A program made the translations under genes and the position numbers. This document shows, piece after piece, positions 61,593 to 64,000 of a stretch of 64,000 bases of DNA. Every line of letters starts with the position of its first letter. The stretch's first letter is position 1. A model generated the notes under the pieces. It saw nothing but the letters and a program-made list of their open reading frames with translations. It searched no databases and had not been told where the DNA came from. The DNA is from the human T2T-CHM13v2.0 reference genome, Homo sapiens. The stretch is from assembly GCF_009914755.1 (NCBI RefSeq), contig NC_060926.1; one strand, 5' to 3'.

Positions 61593-62527
61593 ACACCGCC
61601 CCCCCCCCCCCCCCCACCGTCCCGCGTAAGTGTTTGTAGAACTAATGAGCAGTTAAAGGGAGGAAAAAAAACCTGATTTCTTCCATTTCCTAAGGACACA
61701 CGAACATGGCAATCTTGCACTAGAGACACAGGACCCAAGAAAATGTTTGAGATGTGGAAAAAAAATCAAAATTAATATTAATTATATATTTATAATATGT
61801 AACAGTTCAACAGCAACTTGATTCTATTCATAATTATATATGTTAGATTTAATGTAGGATACGTGTATATTTCAACACATAAGACCCAGGTGGTGCTTTG
61901 AAAAGTAAGAGTGCCTAGGGCTTGGGAAGGTCTTTAAGCCTCCCTGCCTAAAAAACCTGTAGTTCTAGCTAGTAACTTACCCAGCTAGTTTGGGGCAATG
62001 CAGAAAAGCCCATATGCAAAGCAAAACAAAGCTCTTACAAACAAAGCAAACACAAAACTTCCATAGGAACTGCCTTGCATGGAAGTCCCAGTTCGATGGC
62101 CAGTAACCACTGCATCAGAGCAGCCCAGCACCCTCCCCTCTGCAGCTGCTTTTTTGGTCCAAGCTGCAAGGATGGTGAGGAGGGAAGCATAGCTTGGAAG
62201 CTTTGAGAGCCCATAGATGAGATGGGCCTTCAGCCTTCAGTCCTGGAGCCTGTGGTGGAAATTCAGCAACCAGGCAAAGCCAGAACAAGCTAACTGCAAC
62301 GCTCCTTAACTTGCCCAGTGGTTCCCCTTCCCAAGCTGGCTGGTCTCCCCAGGGCAGAGCTCTAAGCTGCAGAGTTATAAACCAGCAGGGGCAGGCTTCT
62401 GGATGAAAAACTAGGCACCACACATAAAAGCTCAGAGCCGAGCATCCAGATAAGCACAAAACACCCACAAGATACTTGATTGTTGATGTTACACTGATCT
62501 CTGTCAGCTCAAAAAAAAACATCACTA

Positions 62528-63487
<960 letters not shown>

Positions 63488-63895
63488 TACTACCTAAAAA
63501 ACCTGGTATATATGCCTTATGGTATTCGAAGAAAGCATCTTCTTGACTTTTTTGTAAGAGAATGGAATCCAAAATGAGCTATTAGAAGCTTTAAGGGTAG
63601 GAAAAGCACTCAGGCACTAAGGCAGTTAACATGGAGAAGACCCTATAACCACTTGCGCACTGACTGACCTTCCGTCATGCCACACGCAGGTTTCCAAGAA
63701 ATTATGCTTATGACCAGAATTTTAACAAACTCCTAGAGAGAATCATTTTGAAAAACCAAAATATTTTATAAAGCATATATACTCCCTAAATTTAAGTACT
63801 GTAAAATTACACTTGTCATATATCAACTTTGCTTTAAAGTTTGTCTTATCCAAATGAAAAAGGTACAACTTTCAAAAAGGGAAGGTTCTAACCAC

Positions 63896-64000
63896 TGTTC
63901 AATTAAATTTGGCCTAAAGCTGCCTCCACAGGTAATGAACTGCACCCTATCTTACTATGTAAACAAGCTGCAACCTAACCTGCAAGTGTATTCTTGGAAT
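63896..64000 (+). mobile_element. ERV1 LTR start (MER57-like), cut by the window edge
   Basis: tgttcaattaaatttggcctaaagctgcctcc resembles the MER57 5' end (from memory). Confidence 0.6.

Overview
Human (or very close hominid) genomic DNA, repeat-dense, with no prokaryotic features. The window holds all five coding exons of C2orf76 (UPF0538/DUF2340, yeast AIM29 homologue) on the minus strand: 51377-51509, 32703-32753, 29016-29053, 23175-23256 and 14037-14113. They splice by hand with GT-AG junctions into an intact 381-nt ORF (126 aa), with AATAAA at 13802-13807. The non-coding first exon and promoter were not identified and probably lie beyond the right edge. The rest is intron or 3' flank: about 35 Alu copies or fragments, old L1M, L2 and MIR fragments, MaLR/ERV LTRs and DNA-transposon fossils. 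Almost all ORF-track entries are repeat-derived noise. I found no convincing novel multi-gene system. The best leads are (1) a candidate 99-nt in-frame cassette or alternative terminal exon just after coding exon 4, (2) a fossil template-switch insertion inside an Alu at ~59.27-59.44 kb, and (3) a 4x39-bp minisatellite that reads as an open 51-aa repeat ORF. Repeat family names and boundaries are recognised by eye and need RepeatMasker/Dfam confirmation.
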